From positions 53,929 through 117,928 of the IMG/VR virus record IMGVR_UViG_3300032038_000025: a DNA stretch of 64,000 bases, one strand, 5' to 3'. The first letter of the stretch is position 1. Every line of letters starts with the position of its first letter. The notes below the pieces were generated by a model that saw nothing but the letters and a program-made list of their open reading frames with translations, had not been told where the DNA came from and made no database searches. Origin of the DNA: a virus. Its lineage: Duplodnaviria; Caudoviricetes. The position numbers were made by a program, and so were the translations under genes. Below, in pieces: positions 54,273-64,000 of the stretch.

Positions 54273-54728
54273 ATGCTCGATTATTATGGAACTAGGATTA
54301 ATGTTAAAAAATTAACTCATTTAGCAACATTGCCAACAAAAGGAAGTGAATACGCGGCGGGTTATGATCTATATGCTGCAACTAGATAGATTATTTACAT
54401 TGCACCACATTCTACAGTAAAAGTTGGAACAGGACTTTCGTTTGAATTACCGCATGGAACATTTGCAGCAATCTTTGCGCGGTCTGGTATAGCCACTAAA
54501 CACGGTCTCCGCCCAGCAAATTGTACTGGTATTTGCGATTCTGACTATCGAGGAGAATATATTGTAGCACTTCATAATGATACAGATGAAATACAGAGTA
54601 TTGAACCAGGTGAAAGAATTGCTCAAATGATTCTTCTTCCATATATTGAAATGACATTTAATGAAGTAGATAATTTATCTGACACAGAACGTGGCGATGG
54701 CGGTTTTGGAAACTCAGGTAAATTTTAA
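54273..54728 (+). CDS. dut: Trimeric dUTPase, 151 aa, 1 TAG
   Basis: AAGYDL, ARSG, GICDSDYRGE, GERIAQ, RGDGGFGNSG; TAG 54387. Confidence 0.93.
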
Positions 54729-54736
54729 TAAAACAG

Positions 54737-54777
54737 AAAAAGGGGTAGATGATTAATCATCTACCCCTTATTTTTTT
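54737..54777. terminator. Bidirectional terminator where the two blocks converge
   Basis: Palindrome AAGGGGTAGATGATT/AATCATCTACCCCTT flanked by A- and T-runs. Confidence 0.85.
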
Positions 54778-55330
54778 ATTCCTCTACAGGAAGATTTGTT
54801 TTAATATTTCTTCCGCCATTCGCATATGTAGCAAAGTCAATCACTTGCTTAAACTGCTTTGGATCGAAACTTTCTACAATCTTTGCGGCGGCTTCCGCAT
54901 TTGCAGGTAAATCATCAATTAGACTATTGATTACCGCACCCGCACTTGTTCTATTTCTAAAACTAGCTTCTTTAATAGCATTTAGCTGTTCAAAAAGTTC
55001 GTTATATTCGTCTGTGTCAATTGTTTGATAGAATAACTCATAAAATCCATTACTCTTTAATGTATCATATAATTTAAATTCATCTTCTCTTTGTTTTTCA
55101 GTAAATGAAATATTTGTATACATATATACTAAATTTAATTCAAAATAAAGATTTAATTTAAATTCATTATAAGCCCCATTTTCTAAGGACTTTTGCAATG
55201 TTACCATTAATAAATCATATTTATCTCTTGCGGGAAGATATTGAAGAACTTCAATCTTCTGTCCGCAAAAATCGAAGGTCTTAACAGATGTATTAACCTT
55301 TAATTTCATATTTGCATAAGATACTTTCAT
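54776..55330 (-). CDS. Hypothetical late protein (possible tail assembly chaperone)
   Basis: 184 aa, downstream of the major tail gene; function inferred from position only. Confidence 0.55.
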   Translation of the reverse strand: MKVSYANMKLKVNTSVKTFDFCGQKIEVLQYLPARDKYDLLMVTLQKSLENGAYNEFKLNLYFELNLVYMYTNISFTEKQREDEFKLYDTLKSNGFYELFYQTIDTDEYNELFEQLNAIKEASFRNRTSAGAVINSLIDDLPANAEAAAKIVESFDPKQFKQVIDFATYANGGRNIKTNLPVEE

Positions 55331-55356
55331 ATCAAATCTCCTTTTATCTCTTGTTT

Positions 55357-56493
55357 TTATTTTTGTAAACTATTGATTACATCTGGCATATATTTTTCAC
55401 CAATATTTTGTAATGCTTCTTTTAAACTTTTATTTATAGGTCTTGCTTTATCGGTATTTTTCTTTTTCTGGGATTTTAAAGTTTTAACTATTTCTTGAAA
55501 ATTTGTCTGAGTTTGTATTTTTTTTGCTAAATTATATATTTGTTTTATTCCTAAAACTGATGCATCAGCACTTTTTACAGCAATCTACGCAATTCCATTT
55601 TGAAAATCACCAGTTAACATACCAGATTCATTTGTTACATTTTCTAATAAATAGTTCATAAATATTTCCATGTCATCTTCTAATGCAGAAGAAGGATTAA
55701 ATTCTTTTAAATTTAATAAATAATATGCATATGACTAATTTATGCTACCAAAAGAAGAAACATAAGCACCATTCCATTTTTGCCCACCGTATGGGTATAA
55801 CCATAAAATATATGAACCATGTTTTTTCTTTGCTGGAAAGTTTTTATATCTTATATGAGCTTTATTATACGCTCCGATTAATTTTTGATAATTATTATTA
55901 TCATTACTATCAATTGAAAATGCCTACTGTAATTTATTAATATGATTATTTAAATTATTTTGATTTTCCCTATATCTTAAAATTAGATTACCAGAACTAC
56001 TTATCTAAACATTTAAAAAATCTTTCATATTTGATGACAATAAAACCTGCGGCGCAATTTCTCCACTTTGCTAAAAAACATAAGCAGTAATAACTTTTTG
56101 CCCTAAAACAGCATTTAAATATTCTTGAATTTCAAAAGCAGATAAATAAATATTTAATGTTGTTTCTTTTATACTATTTGTAAAATTTTCTTTCATAAAA
56201 CTCTATCTTGCTTCTAAATATTTTTGATACTAATTTGAGGTTTTATAATTTTCAGTTTTTGCAACTATAGATTGTTTAATTTTATGCCATTCTTTTATTA
56301 TATTTTTTAATTTATTTTGAAATTCATTAATTTCTTTAATTGCTATATCATAATTCTTAATAAAAATATTAATTTTATTATTAAGAATTTTATACGCCTA
56401 TTCAATATTTTCTGCTTCTGTTGAAGTAGATGCCTATAAAATTATTTCAGCATTTCTACTTAATTCTCCCTAATCCCATTGTATATCAAGCAT
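55357..56493 (-). CDS. Hypothetical late protein, 378 aa, 10 TAG
   Basis: Single frame from ATG 56493 (SD GGTGGTG) to TAA 55357 with only TAG interruptions; absent from the track. Confidence 0.75.
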
Positions 56494-56513
56494 TAAATCA
56501 CCACCAATATAAT

Positions 56514-56544
56514 AAAAAACAGGGGATTAATTTCTTAATCCCCT
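56514..56544 (-). terminator. Terminator after the major tail gene
   Basis: AGGGGATTAA-N4-TTAATCCCCT plus a U-run. Confidence 0.75.
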
Positions 56545-56565
56545 TATTAAATTTATCAATTATCC

Positions 56566-57522
56566 TTACGGATTTGTACCGCCGCCAGAAGTGGTTACGG
56601 ACTCATCATGCTCGCTAGGAATAGAATCTTTTACAGACTCTTCAATGTCAAATCCTGCTTTATGTGGGAAGAGCGGTTTAGCCTCATTCTTAACGCCCTC
56701 TGCATCATCAACAATCTGAATAGCACAAAGAACTTTATTAGTTCTATTGAAATATGTGTATCCAGGGAATGCGTCCATTGTGAATGTAAAGGTACTAGGA
56801 TCACCAGTAGCCGCCATTGAGAATGTGAAGTTAGACTGAATCTTAACATTCGGGAATGTAATATTAGCCGGTAAGTCTTTACCATCAGACTGACGTCTAA
56901 ATAACGTATCGGCTTCAACATAGTAATAACCAGCAAAGTGCTCGGCATCAATTTGAAGTTCAGAAACAGTGCTAGCTTTCTTGATTACATAATAATCAAC
57001 CATAACAACACCAGAAGTAGCTCCACCAGTTAATTTCTTACCATCCTCAGAAACAGACCAATCATTAGAAATTTGTCCAGTAATATCTCCATGATTATCT
57101 AATGTCATAACATAAATAGGAGCAGTTTTGCAAATAATTTCACCAGATTCAAGAGCATCTGTTAAATCAATTTCGCCATTTGCTGCAATAGCATTGGTGG
57201 TTTGATGGAAATGAACTTGATCTTCAGACTCTGCGGCAGGTTTAAGTAAACCAGCACCAGAAAGCATAGAGAAACTAATCGGAGAAAGAAGAGCATCTTC
57301 AACAGTGAATGTTAATGTCTTCTAACCTTCCCAAGCAATTAATCGAGTATTTCCACGACCACCAGTTGCATAAACAGTGGTAGCGGCACCCTCTAATGTA
57401 GAAGTTTTAGCGGTATCAATATAGAACACAGGCTGGCCTTTTGAAAAGGTATATGGACCAATCTGTTGATCATTCTTGGCTTTAAAAACTACATTAGCAA
57501 TTTCACGTACACCAAATTTCAT
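56566..57522 (-). CDS. Major tail (tube) protein, 318 aa, 1 TAG
   Basis: Two track ORFs joined at TAG 57322 (LIAWEG*KTLTFTVEDALLS); NFTFSMAATGDPSTFTFTMDA. Confidence 0.8.
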
Positions 57523-57554
57523 TTGGATTTCCTCCTTATATTTTGTACAAAATA

Positions 57555-58313
57555 TTATCTATTATTTTTTTGTTTATCTTCATGAATATCCTTTAACCAA
57601 TCCTCGGGATCTTCCATACCAGTTGCCCCAGCAATTTTAAATCTTTCCCAAGAATCATAATGTAATTTTAATTCAAAACGGTTAAATTCATCCATTAGTT
57701 GATAAATAGTATAACCCATTAATGAATTTATATCTTTTTGCTATCCAACCGCTAAAATAGAAACATATCTGCTTAGAATAGCAACTCTTCCAGAATCAGG
57801 CGCCAGCTTCGCCCGTTGCTGTCTTCCTTGAGCAAATTTATTTGCAATCTTTTCAGCTAAAGAGCCACTAGGATTGTACTATTTATTCTCCTTATCAACA
57901 AGACAAAATATACTAATTAAAATTTCCTTAAATTTTTCAAAATTATCATTATTAATCTCTCCCTATTCTCCCGTCTAATGATTTTTCATTTTAAAACAAT
58001 TATTTTCAAAAGAGATCTAATAAATAGGAAAAATTAATGCTAGAATAGATGAAACTCCTATTCGAGATTTTTTAGCTTCAAGACTTCTTTCTTTTAACAT
58101 AATATTTATTATATCAAAATTTGTTTTATTTGATAAATTTTTTTTCTACTATGATGATAAAGAATTTTTATTAAAAGTTAATATTGAACATCCTAGCCAA
58201 AACCGCTATTCTGTAATATATGCTATTTCTTTAATTGTGGGAGGATGAATTACTAAACCCGCCTAAAAAAATGGAATATCATTTCCAGACAATAGCAATA
58301 ATTCATCAATCAT
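57555..58313 (-). CDS. Virion morphogenesis-region protein, 252 aa, about 9 TAG
   Basis: LLLSGNDIPFF*A.L.IHPPTIKEIAYITE*RF...YTIYQLMDEFNRF...EDWLKDIH; absent from the track. Confidence 0.75.
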
Positions 58314-58912
58314 CTTTTCATCCAATCATGACTACTCGGTAATAAATCATCTGTTCCATGAATTGCGGAATAGGCTAATGTATAACCAGATAAAGTTTCA
58401 TCTAAAACCAATTGATTACAGCCTAAAAATTGGAAAAGACCAATTCCAGATAATCTTGCATTATTTAAAATTCCATCAATATAACCACAAATTTTTAGCG
58501 GTCGGGTTCTAAAATTTCCTAAATCCCAATAATCAGTGTGACAAAGAACATCAATATAAACATTACAATCTCTATATTGAGAATTGTTTTGATTTACACT
58601 AAAATGATCAAAACTAATTATTAAATAACTTTTAATCTATTCATGCTCTTTCATACTAATTTTTGGCTATAATTTTATATATCCCTATTCTCTTAATTTT
58701 GCAAGACTCATGTCTTTTATTGCATTTCGATAAGTTAAACTTTTATCATTATCTAAACAATCTTTTGTATTAATCACCAATAACTTTTTTAATTCATCAC
58801 TATATGGCTGACTTTCTACGAATAATCTTTTCAAAATATTTTCTAAATCTTTTTCACAAGACATAAATGATGAAGTAAAATCAGTTGGTCTTAAAGCTAA
58901 ATTTTTTTGCAT
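58310..58912 (-). CDS. Putative tail terminator/neck protein, 200 aa, 3 TAG
   Basis: Track ORF extended through TAG 58685; YIDVLCH..W....RPLKI.GYIDGILN...GIG. Confidence 0.7.
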
Positions 58913-58939
58913 ATCTGTCTTTAACTCCTTTTATCTCTC

Positions 58940-59923
58940 TTAAATAGGTACAATTTCTATATTTAAAGTAATATCATCCTGTCCCTATCTTCTATATATT
59001 AAAGTAAACGTTCCCAAATCTCCAATTGAAATATTTAATGGAATAATTTTTAACTAACTTTTTAAATCTTGTTCTTCATCTTTCCATTTTAAATACCAAT
59101 GCCCCTAATCGGCATTATGAATTTCGTAATATGCTTTACTATATTGTGATACTTTTATTGGACCATCAATATATGGAGCGGTTTCGTCTACAGGATTTTT
59201 TTCATCAGTCTAGGCGCGTTCTTTTTCTGCGGCCTCCGCGATAGAATTTTCAAAAAATTCATCTAAGAAAACTTGAATAATGCCATCTCCATAATAAGGA
59301 TCAACGCCAACTACTTGCCAAGTTTTCTATTTATTTGATCGAGGATCTAAAATTTTTATAGTTTTAAATCGTTCAAAATATTCATTAGTTATATCATCTG
59401 CGGTAATATACATAACTAAAGAATAATTTAAGGTATTCCATTCTACCCCAGCCTTTTGAGTCCATTCAATTGAAGTTTCAACAGGCCCTCGAATATAAAC
59501 CCAATAAGAATTATTATCTATTTTTACCTGCTGATCGCATCTTCTAATTTCAGACCTAAAATAAGCATCTTCTTCAAGAGCCTATAAATAAACTAGCCAA
59601 TGAGTTTTAGTTTCTTTCCAAGTAAAAACATCTCCTGGTTTTATATTAATTAAGACTTGCCCCTAAGATGTTTTTCCTTCTCTTATGTCATTTAAAACAA
59701 CATCTCGATATGGAATTGAAAGTATTTTGTTATCATACGCTGGCTTATTTTTATCAGGATTAATTAAACATCTAAACTATTTTCCATCTTTTAAAATTGC
59801 GGTCGCCGCCTGATAGGAATATAAAAGCGCCTTTTTCAGACCTCTTTCCTTATCTTTAATAAATCTTTGCTATTGATTTCCACCTGCATAACGCAGCCTT
59901 GCTTTTAATAATTTTAATGACAT
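58940..59923 (-). CDS. Putative head-closure/neck protein, 327 aa, about 9 TAG
   Basis: DGK*FRCLINPDK, KPGDVFTW, WLVYL*ALEEDAYFRSEIRRC; absent from the track. Confidence 0.7.
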
Positions 59924-60234
59924 AGCTATTTTTGCAATTCATTCATTAACCCTAAACACTAAAAAATCGTTCTTCTATAACATGAAAAATCTTCTTTTTT
60001 GGTTAATGAATAAAGACCCTCCAATTTATTTATCAATGAAAAAAAAGTTTCTGAAGAGTTATTATTTAATAACCTTTGTAATCCAGATAATTCTTCTAAT
60101 ATTGTTTGTAATGGTTTCTGCCAATCTGATCCCTATTCTCGGCTAGGAAGTAATTTATAAATTTGATTTAAAAGATTTTGCAGTCTATTCTAAACAACTG
60201 AATCATCTATATTTATATTATATTTTAATATCAC
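59914..60234 (-). CDS. Hypothetical neck-region protein, 106 aa, 4 TAG
   Basis: GTG start; IYKLLPSRE*GSDW...KLEGL...YRRTIF*CL. Confidence 0.7.
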
Positions 60235-60815
60235 TGCTATCGCCCCTCTCTAAAATCAACGAGGTCTTCAACAGTGTGTTTAACTGGAGTTCTTAATAAA
60301 CCAAAAGTAGATCTCATAATACCCTTTTGATCTGGGGCGCGCCGCTTATAGAGCCTTTGAAGATGAAACCCTTCTCTTTCATAATCCTTTTTTAATTGAA
60401 GAAGTTTTTGCATATGATTAGCTTGAGAAGTAAATTTAAAATCAGACCCGCTATATTTCATCCTAGTATTTTCAACACTAGCTAATTGTTGGCTTAACCA
60501 TTCAACAATCATATAAGTTGATAAAATATTGATTTCTTCATGTGTTAATTGATTATTAAAATAACCTCCACCATAAATAATAGCGGTAACGGTCTAATGA
60601 TCACTTTCTGCCCCTTTATAAGTTTTTTCATCTGCAATCTCAAAAAACTCATAATCATTTAAATTAATTCTAGGAAATTCAAACTTTTCAATTGCTGAAA
60701 GCAATAATTCTTCTAACATTCTAAATGTATCAAGCTACGTCAGTTCTAAATACATATCATCGGTAATTTTTGAAAGAAAGGAGTCATATACAAGTGAAAA
60801 TGAAGTTGTATTCAT
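60231..60815 (-). CDS. Putative head-tail adaptor, 194 aa, 3 TAG
   Basis: SD AGGAGG; TSFSLVYDSFLSKITDD; DFKFTSQANH; ends GR*Q then TGA overlapping the next GTG. Confidence 0.7.
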
Positions 60816-60835
60816 TTATATACCTCCTAAAACAT

Positions 60836-61396
60836 TTATGGCTTATATCTGCGTCCAGTTGGAGTTGCGGTCTTCAGCGGTGCCGCACGTCGATTTGTCA
60901 CTCTACCATAGTCACCAGAAGTATCCTCTTCTCCGCCATCATATTTAGTATTTTTAATTTCAATGGCCCTAGTAACATCAAATCCAAGTTTTTCTTGTAC
61001 AGCATTTCTTTTAGCGACATCATTTAATGGAAGTTCAACCGCCATATCTTTAATAATTTCTCTAACTGATTCTGGAGCAAAATCTAAACAATCAAGGAAT
61101 TGATCTAATGTCCCTGTTTGCATTAATTTTTTAATATCTTCTTTTGAATAATGATATTCTGGCTAAGAGGTTTTATTAAAAAGTCTTGCAACAATACCTT
61201 CATCTTTAATTTCGAGAAACTCATTTAAAATTGTGCGACCGCCCGGCGCAAAAGATAATTTCTATAATTCATCAAAAGTAATATCTTTACTTTCTCCAGG
61301 ATAAAAATTTCTATGAACTCCTAAATCTGGAACATCATATCCAACTGTTCCATTATATTTATTAATAACTTTTACTAACGTGTCTTTATTAATCAT
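60836..61396 (-). CDS. Conserved protein downstream of the capsid gene, 186 aa, 2 TAG
   Basis: FDEL*KLS, *PEYHYS; in frame with track ORF 61123. Confidence 0.75.
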
Positions 61397-61421
61397 ATTA
61401 TAAAACTCCTTTTATCTCCTT

Positions 61422-61452
61422 AAAAGGGGAGAATTATTAAAATTCTCCCCTT
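61422..61452 (-). terminator. Terminator after the major capsid gene
   Basis: AAGGGGAGAATT-N5-AATTCTCCCCTT-TT. Confidence 0.75.
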
Positions 61453-61471
61453 ATTAAATTATTATATATTA

Positions 61472-62566
61472 TTAGCCACCTGTGCTCGGATCAACATCTG
61501 GAGTTGCAGGAATAGATTGCTGTAACTCAGTCATTTCTTTTACAAGAGCAGCGTTCTTATAAACACAAATTCCAGGATTAACCATATATGTAGCAACACC
61601 AAGTTTCTGATAAGTCTGAATCTCTGTAGACCAATCACGGTTATCAAAAGATTTCACCTGAGCGCCGCCTTCAAAAGCAACCTTTACAGGTTTTTCTGCA
61701 CCAGTAGGAATAATCCATGCGAAAGAAGGATCAATAACCTTTTCAGAATTGGTTTCATCTGTGAAGGACTGAGGAAGAATAATTACTTGATGTCCTTTAT
61801 AAGTTGTAAAGTAACCATTGTTCCAAACCGTCTCTTTCATTCCGTCAGACCAATGAGCATCATTTGCAGGAATCATAGTAGCTGCAAACTCAAAAGTACA
61901 ATAAATTGTACTCTTGCCATAAGCATCTGCGGTCATAAGTAACTGATCCATTGCTTTTTCATTGAAAGCATTTTGAACAGTTTTATTTGCTGGCTTAATA
62001 TTAGCAACAGTAGCCTCAAGAGCCTTAGCGATTTCACGATAAACTGCCTCATCCATGCCCTCAAGAACAAGACTGTAATAGTCATTCATAGTCATGCGGC
62101 CGTCAAGAAGCTCTTCCCACTCAATACGAGAAGCTCCGCCGTAAGCAGCTGTCGGTACTTCAAGTGAATACCCATCTAGCTTGAAGACTTCATATCTACC
62201 AGCTAAACCGACTCTAGTAACAAACTGTTTAGCACGCTTTTTAGAAGCCTCGCTAATTCTTACTTTATAAACAGGTTTTGTGCCCTGCGCAAAAGTACGA
62301 ACATCCGCGAATTGGCCATAGTTCTGAAGAACCTTTTGAGGAAGAACTTCAGTAAGACCGACTTCCATAAGTGTATAAATAAGATTTTTATTTTCTCTAA
62401 AGTTTTGAGGAGTAGAACCAAGTTCATTTAACTCCTTAATAAATGTTTTATTGAGAGCTTCTGCTGAAAGTTTCTCTCCGCCAAAAGAATATGCGACAGA
62501 AGGATTTAATGAAGCCTTAGCATTGGCTCTAGCTAACTCAATAAGCTGATCTCTTGTTAATGCCAT
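61472..62566 (-). CDS. Major capsid protein, 364 aa, no TAG
   Basis: Size, position after scaffold and decoration genes, SD AAGGAGG, terminator downstream. Confidence 0.8.
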   Translation of the reverse strand: MALTRDQLIELARANAKASLNPSVAYSFGGEKLSAEALNKTFIKELNELGSTPQNFRENKNLIYTLMEVGLTEVLPQKVLQNYGQFADVRTFAQGTKPVYKVRISEASKKRAKQFVTRVGLAGRYEVFKLDGYSLEVPTAAYGGASRIEWEELLDGRMTMNDYYSLVLEGMDEAVYREIAKALEATVANIKPANKTVQNAFNEKAMDQLLMTADAYGKSTIYCTFEFAATMIPANDAHWSDGMKETVWNNGYFTTYKGHQVIILPQSFTDETNSEKVIDPSFAWIIPTGAEKPVKVAFEGGAQVKSFDNRDWSTEIQTYQKLGVATYMVNPGICVYKNAALVKEMTELQQSIPATPDVDPSTGG

Positions 62567-62583
62567 TATCTTTTTCCTCCTTA

Positions 62584-63120
62584 TCACTTAATTCTTTGAA
62601 TCTTAACACCAGGTGTTCCGTCTGGCATTGTATAATGATCTGTTGCGTTGTCTTTTACAACTTTAAATACAGGAGCATCTCCGTCTCCAGCGACAAGGAA
62701 TCCATCAGTTCCAACATGAAGCTTTGTTCCTTTGACTGGGAAAACCTGATCTACAACGACATTGGGACCAGTACCAGCCGCAAAAGTATTAGTTGTAAAA
62801 ATATCACCAATATTTGTCTTAATTAAACGAGGATATAATTTTCCATCTGTAAAATCCTCGACCTTATATACGAAATCCTTATGACTTTGATATCTCTCAT
62901 CATAAAGTTTTTCTTCATTATAAACAAGCATGAACTCGCCTTCGCCAGAAAAATTTACTTCACCAGCCGCATAATCATATTTAGCAAATTGGCCCTGTTC
63001 AAGCTGCTTAATATTGTCTGCCGCGGGAAGCTGTGCGTAAATCTGGCCAGTTACAATACCAGATAGGTGATTAGGCTCGACTTGTCCATAACCAATTCTT
63101 TTAGTTAAGTCTCTTGCCAT
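62584..63120 (-). CDS. Capsid decoration/auxiliary head protein
   Basis: GYGQVEPNHLS...IGDIFTTN...YTMPDG; lies between scaffold and MCP. Confidence 0.65.
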   Translation of the reverse strand: MARDLTKRIGYGQVEPNHLSGIVTGQIYAQLPAADNIKQLEQGQFAKYDYAAGEVNFSGEGEFMLVYNEEKLYDERYQSHKDFVYKVEDFTDGKLYPRLIKTNIGDIFTTNTFAAGTGPNVVVDQVFPVKGTKLHVGTDGFLVAGDGDAPVFKVVKDNATDHYTMPDGTPGVKIQRIK

Positions 63121-63149
63121 TTCTTAGCATCCTCCTAATAAATTAAAAA

Positions 63150-64000
63150 TTAACCAAGTTTTTCTTGTTCTTTAACAGCTTTCACCCATTCTGGTAGGCT
63201 GTTATTTTCATTATTATCATTTAAAGAATAAGTAACAATTTCTTCTTCTTTATTATTATCAACTTCTTCATTTAAAGTAAAGTTGATCTTTTTATCAAAA
63301 CAAATAACTGCAAGTTTTGCTTTAATTTCATCTAAAGTATACTTCTCTTTATTGCTAATAACATCTGCCTTATCTTCGTCAGAAAGCATATAAAATTCAG
63401 CAATAAGGGCATCCTTTTTCTGATTGTCAATTTCTCTTTTGAAATTTACAAGTTCCTAATATTGATTCTGAAGAGTGCTATAATTTTCTTTTAATGTATT
63501 AAGCTCTTCTTCAAGTAACTCATACTTTTTAGCACCTTTTTTATTTTCATCTTCATCATCTTCATCAGCATCAGAAGAACTTTCAGAATCTGACTTTTCA
63601 GTTTCTTCTTCAGAAGATTTTTCATCTTCATCTTCATCTTTCTTATTGACGTAATCAGCAGGAGCGGAAGCATCTTCTACATTATCATTGACTTCTGAAG
63701 CTGTCTCTACAACATTTTCCGCCTCTTGAGCAAACTCAGTAGCGGGTTCTACTTGCTCTTGTTCAACAGCCACAGTATTTTCAAGATTCTCCACTTGTTG
63801 TCCTCCTCCGTTTAAGGCATTCTTTAAATCTTGCATCATACTATAAAGTGTGTGCCTAAAATTGTCATCTAATGTAAATTTTGTACTTACATCTGGAGCC
63901 GTTACAGAAGCGCCTTCGAAGCAAGGCTCAACATCGTCTCCTAATATGCAAATTTTTTGAATAATTGCATCATTTATAATAAAGAAATCCATTCCATTGT
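63150..64000 (-). CDS. Prohead protease/scaffold, C-terminal part; 1 TAG; begins beyond the right edge
   Basis: ICILGDDVEPCFEGA, acidic linker, coiled coil; two track ORFs joined at TAG 63456. Confidence 0.7.

Noticed and set aside
4014-63673. Many short track ORFs (e.g. 4364-4552, 13470-13775, 23027-23305, 24599-24988, 31992-32249, 40496-40780, 55725-55940, 60770-61027)
   Set aside because: They are antisense or off-frame shadows of well-supported genes, including genes recovered by TAG read-through.
1-64000. Standard phage code 15 (TAG=Gln)
   Set aside because: It would put Gln at the GH25 catalytic Glu, in NrdG GGEP and in the RNase H NExxD helix. Disfavoured, although mixed Glu/Gln decoding cannot be excluded without alignments or MS.
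1-64000. Decayed prophage or pseudogenes
   Set aside because: All interruptions are TAG, with no frameshifts or internal TAA/TGA seen, intact motifs, and tight gene tiling.
1-64000. G-to-T sequencing or oxidation artefact turning GAG into TAG
   Set aside because: The far commoner GAA and GGA codons would give TAA and TGA breaks, which are absent, and TAGs are gene-specific. Raw reads should still be checked.
1-64000. Pyrrolysine at TAG
   Set aside because: No pyl genes in the window, and Pyl cannot substitute at acidic catalytic positions.

Overview
A 64-kb internal segment of a large, AT-rich tailed phage. Its host is probably an anaerobic Bacillota/Clostridia member, judged from sigma-A promoters, strong SD sites, a GH25+CHAP endolysin and NrdD/G. 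Left arm (minus strand, <1-17723): tail-fibre/adhesin genes, holin, endolysin and tape measure. Middle (plus strand, 17880-54728): RNA repair, gyrase, ligase, helicases, primase, RecJ, DnaE, NrdDG and dUTPase. Right arm (minus strand, 54776->64000): protease/scaffold, capsid, neck and major tail. Main result: TAG is a sense codon. By hand count about 115 in-frame TAGs interrupt about 30 genes. I found no internal TAA/TGA in the genes I read through, and no gene needs TAG as its stop. At diagnostic positions TAG stands where glutamate is expected: the GH25 catalytic D-W-[E], the NrdG radical-SAM G-G-[E]-P, and RNase HI G-N-[E]-L-A-D. This points to TAG=Glu rather than the TAG=Gln (code 15) known from recoded gut phages. 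I know of no described phage with this code, but I could not search. No suppressor tRNA, synthetase or release factor is visible in the window. In the translations below, * marks an in-frame TAG. All TAG counts are by hand.
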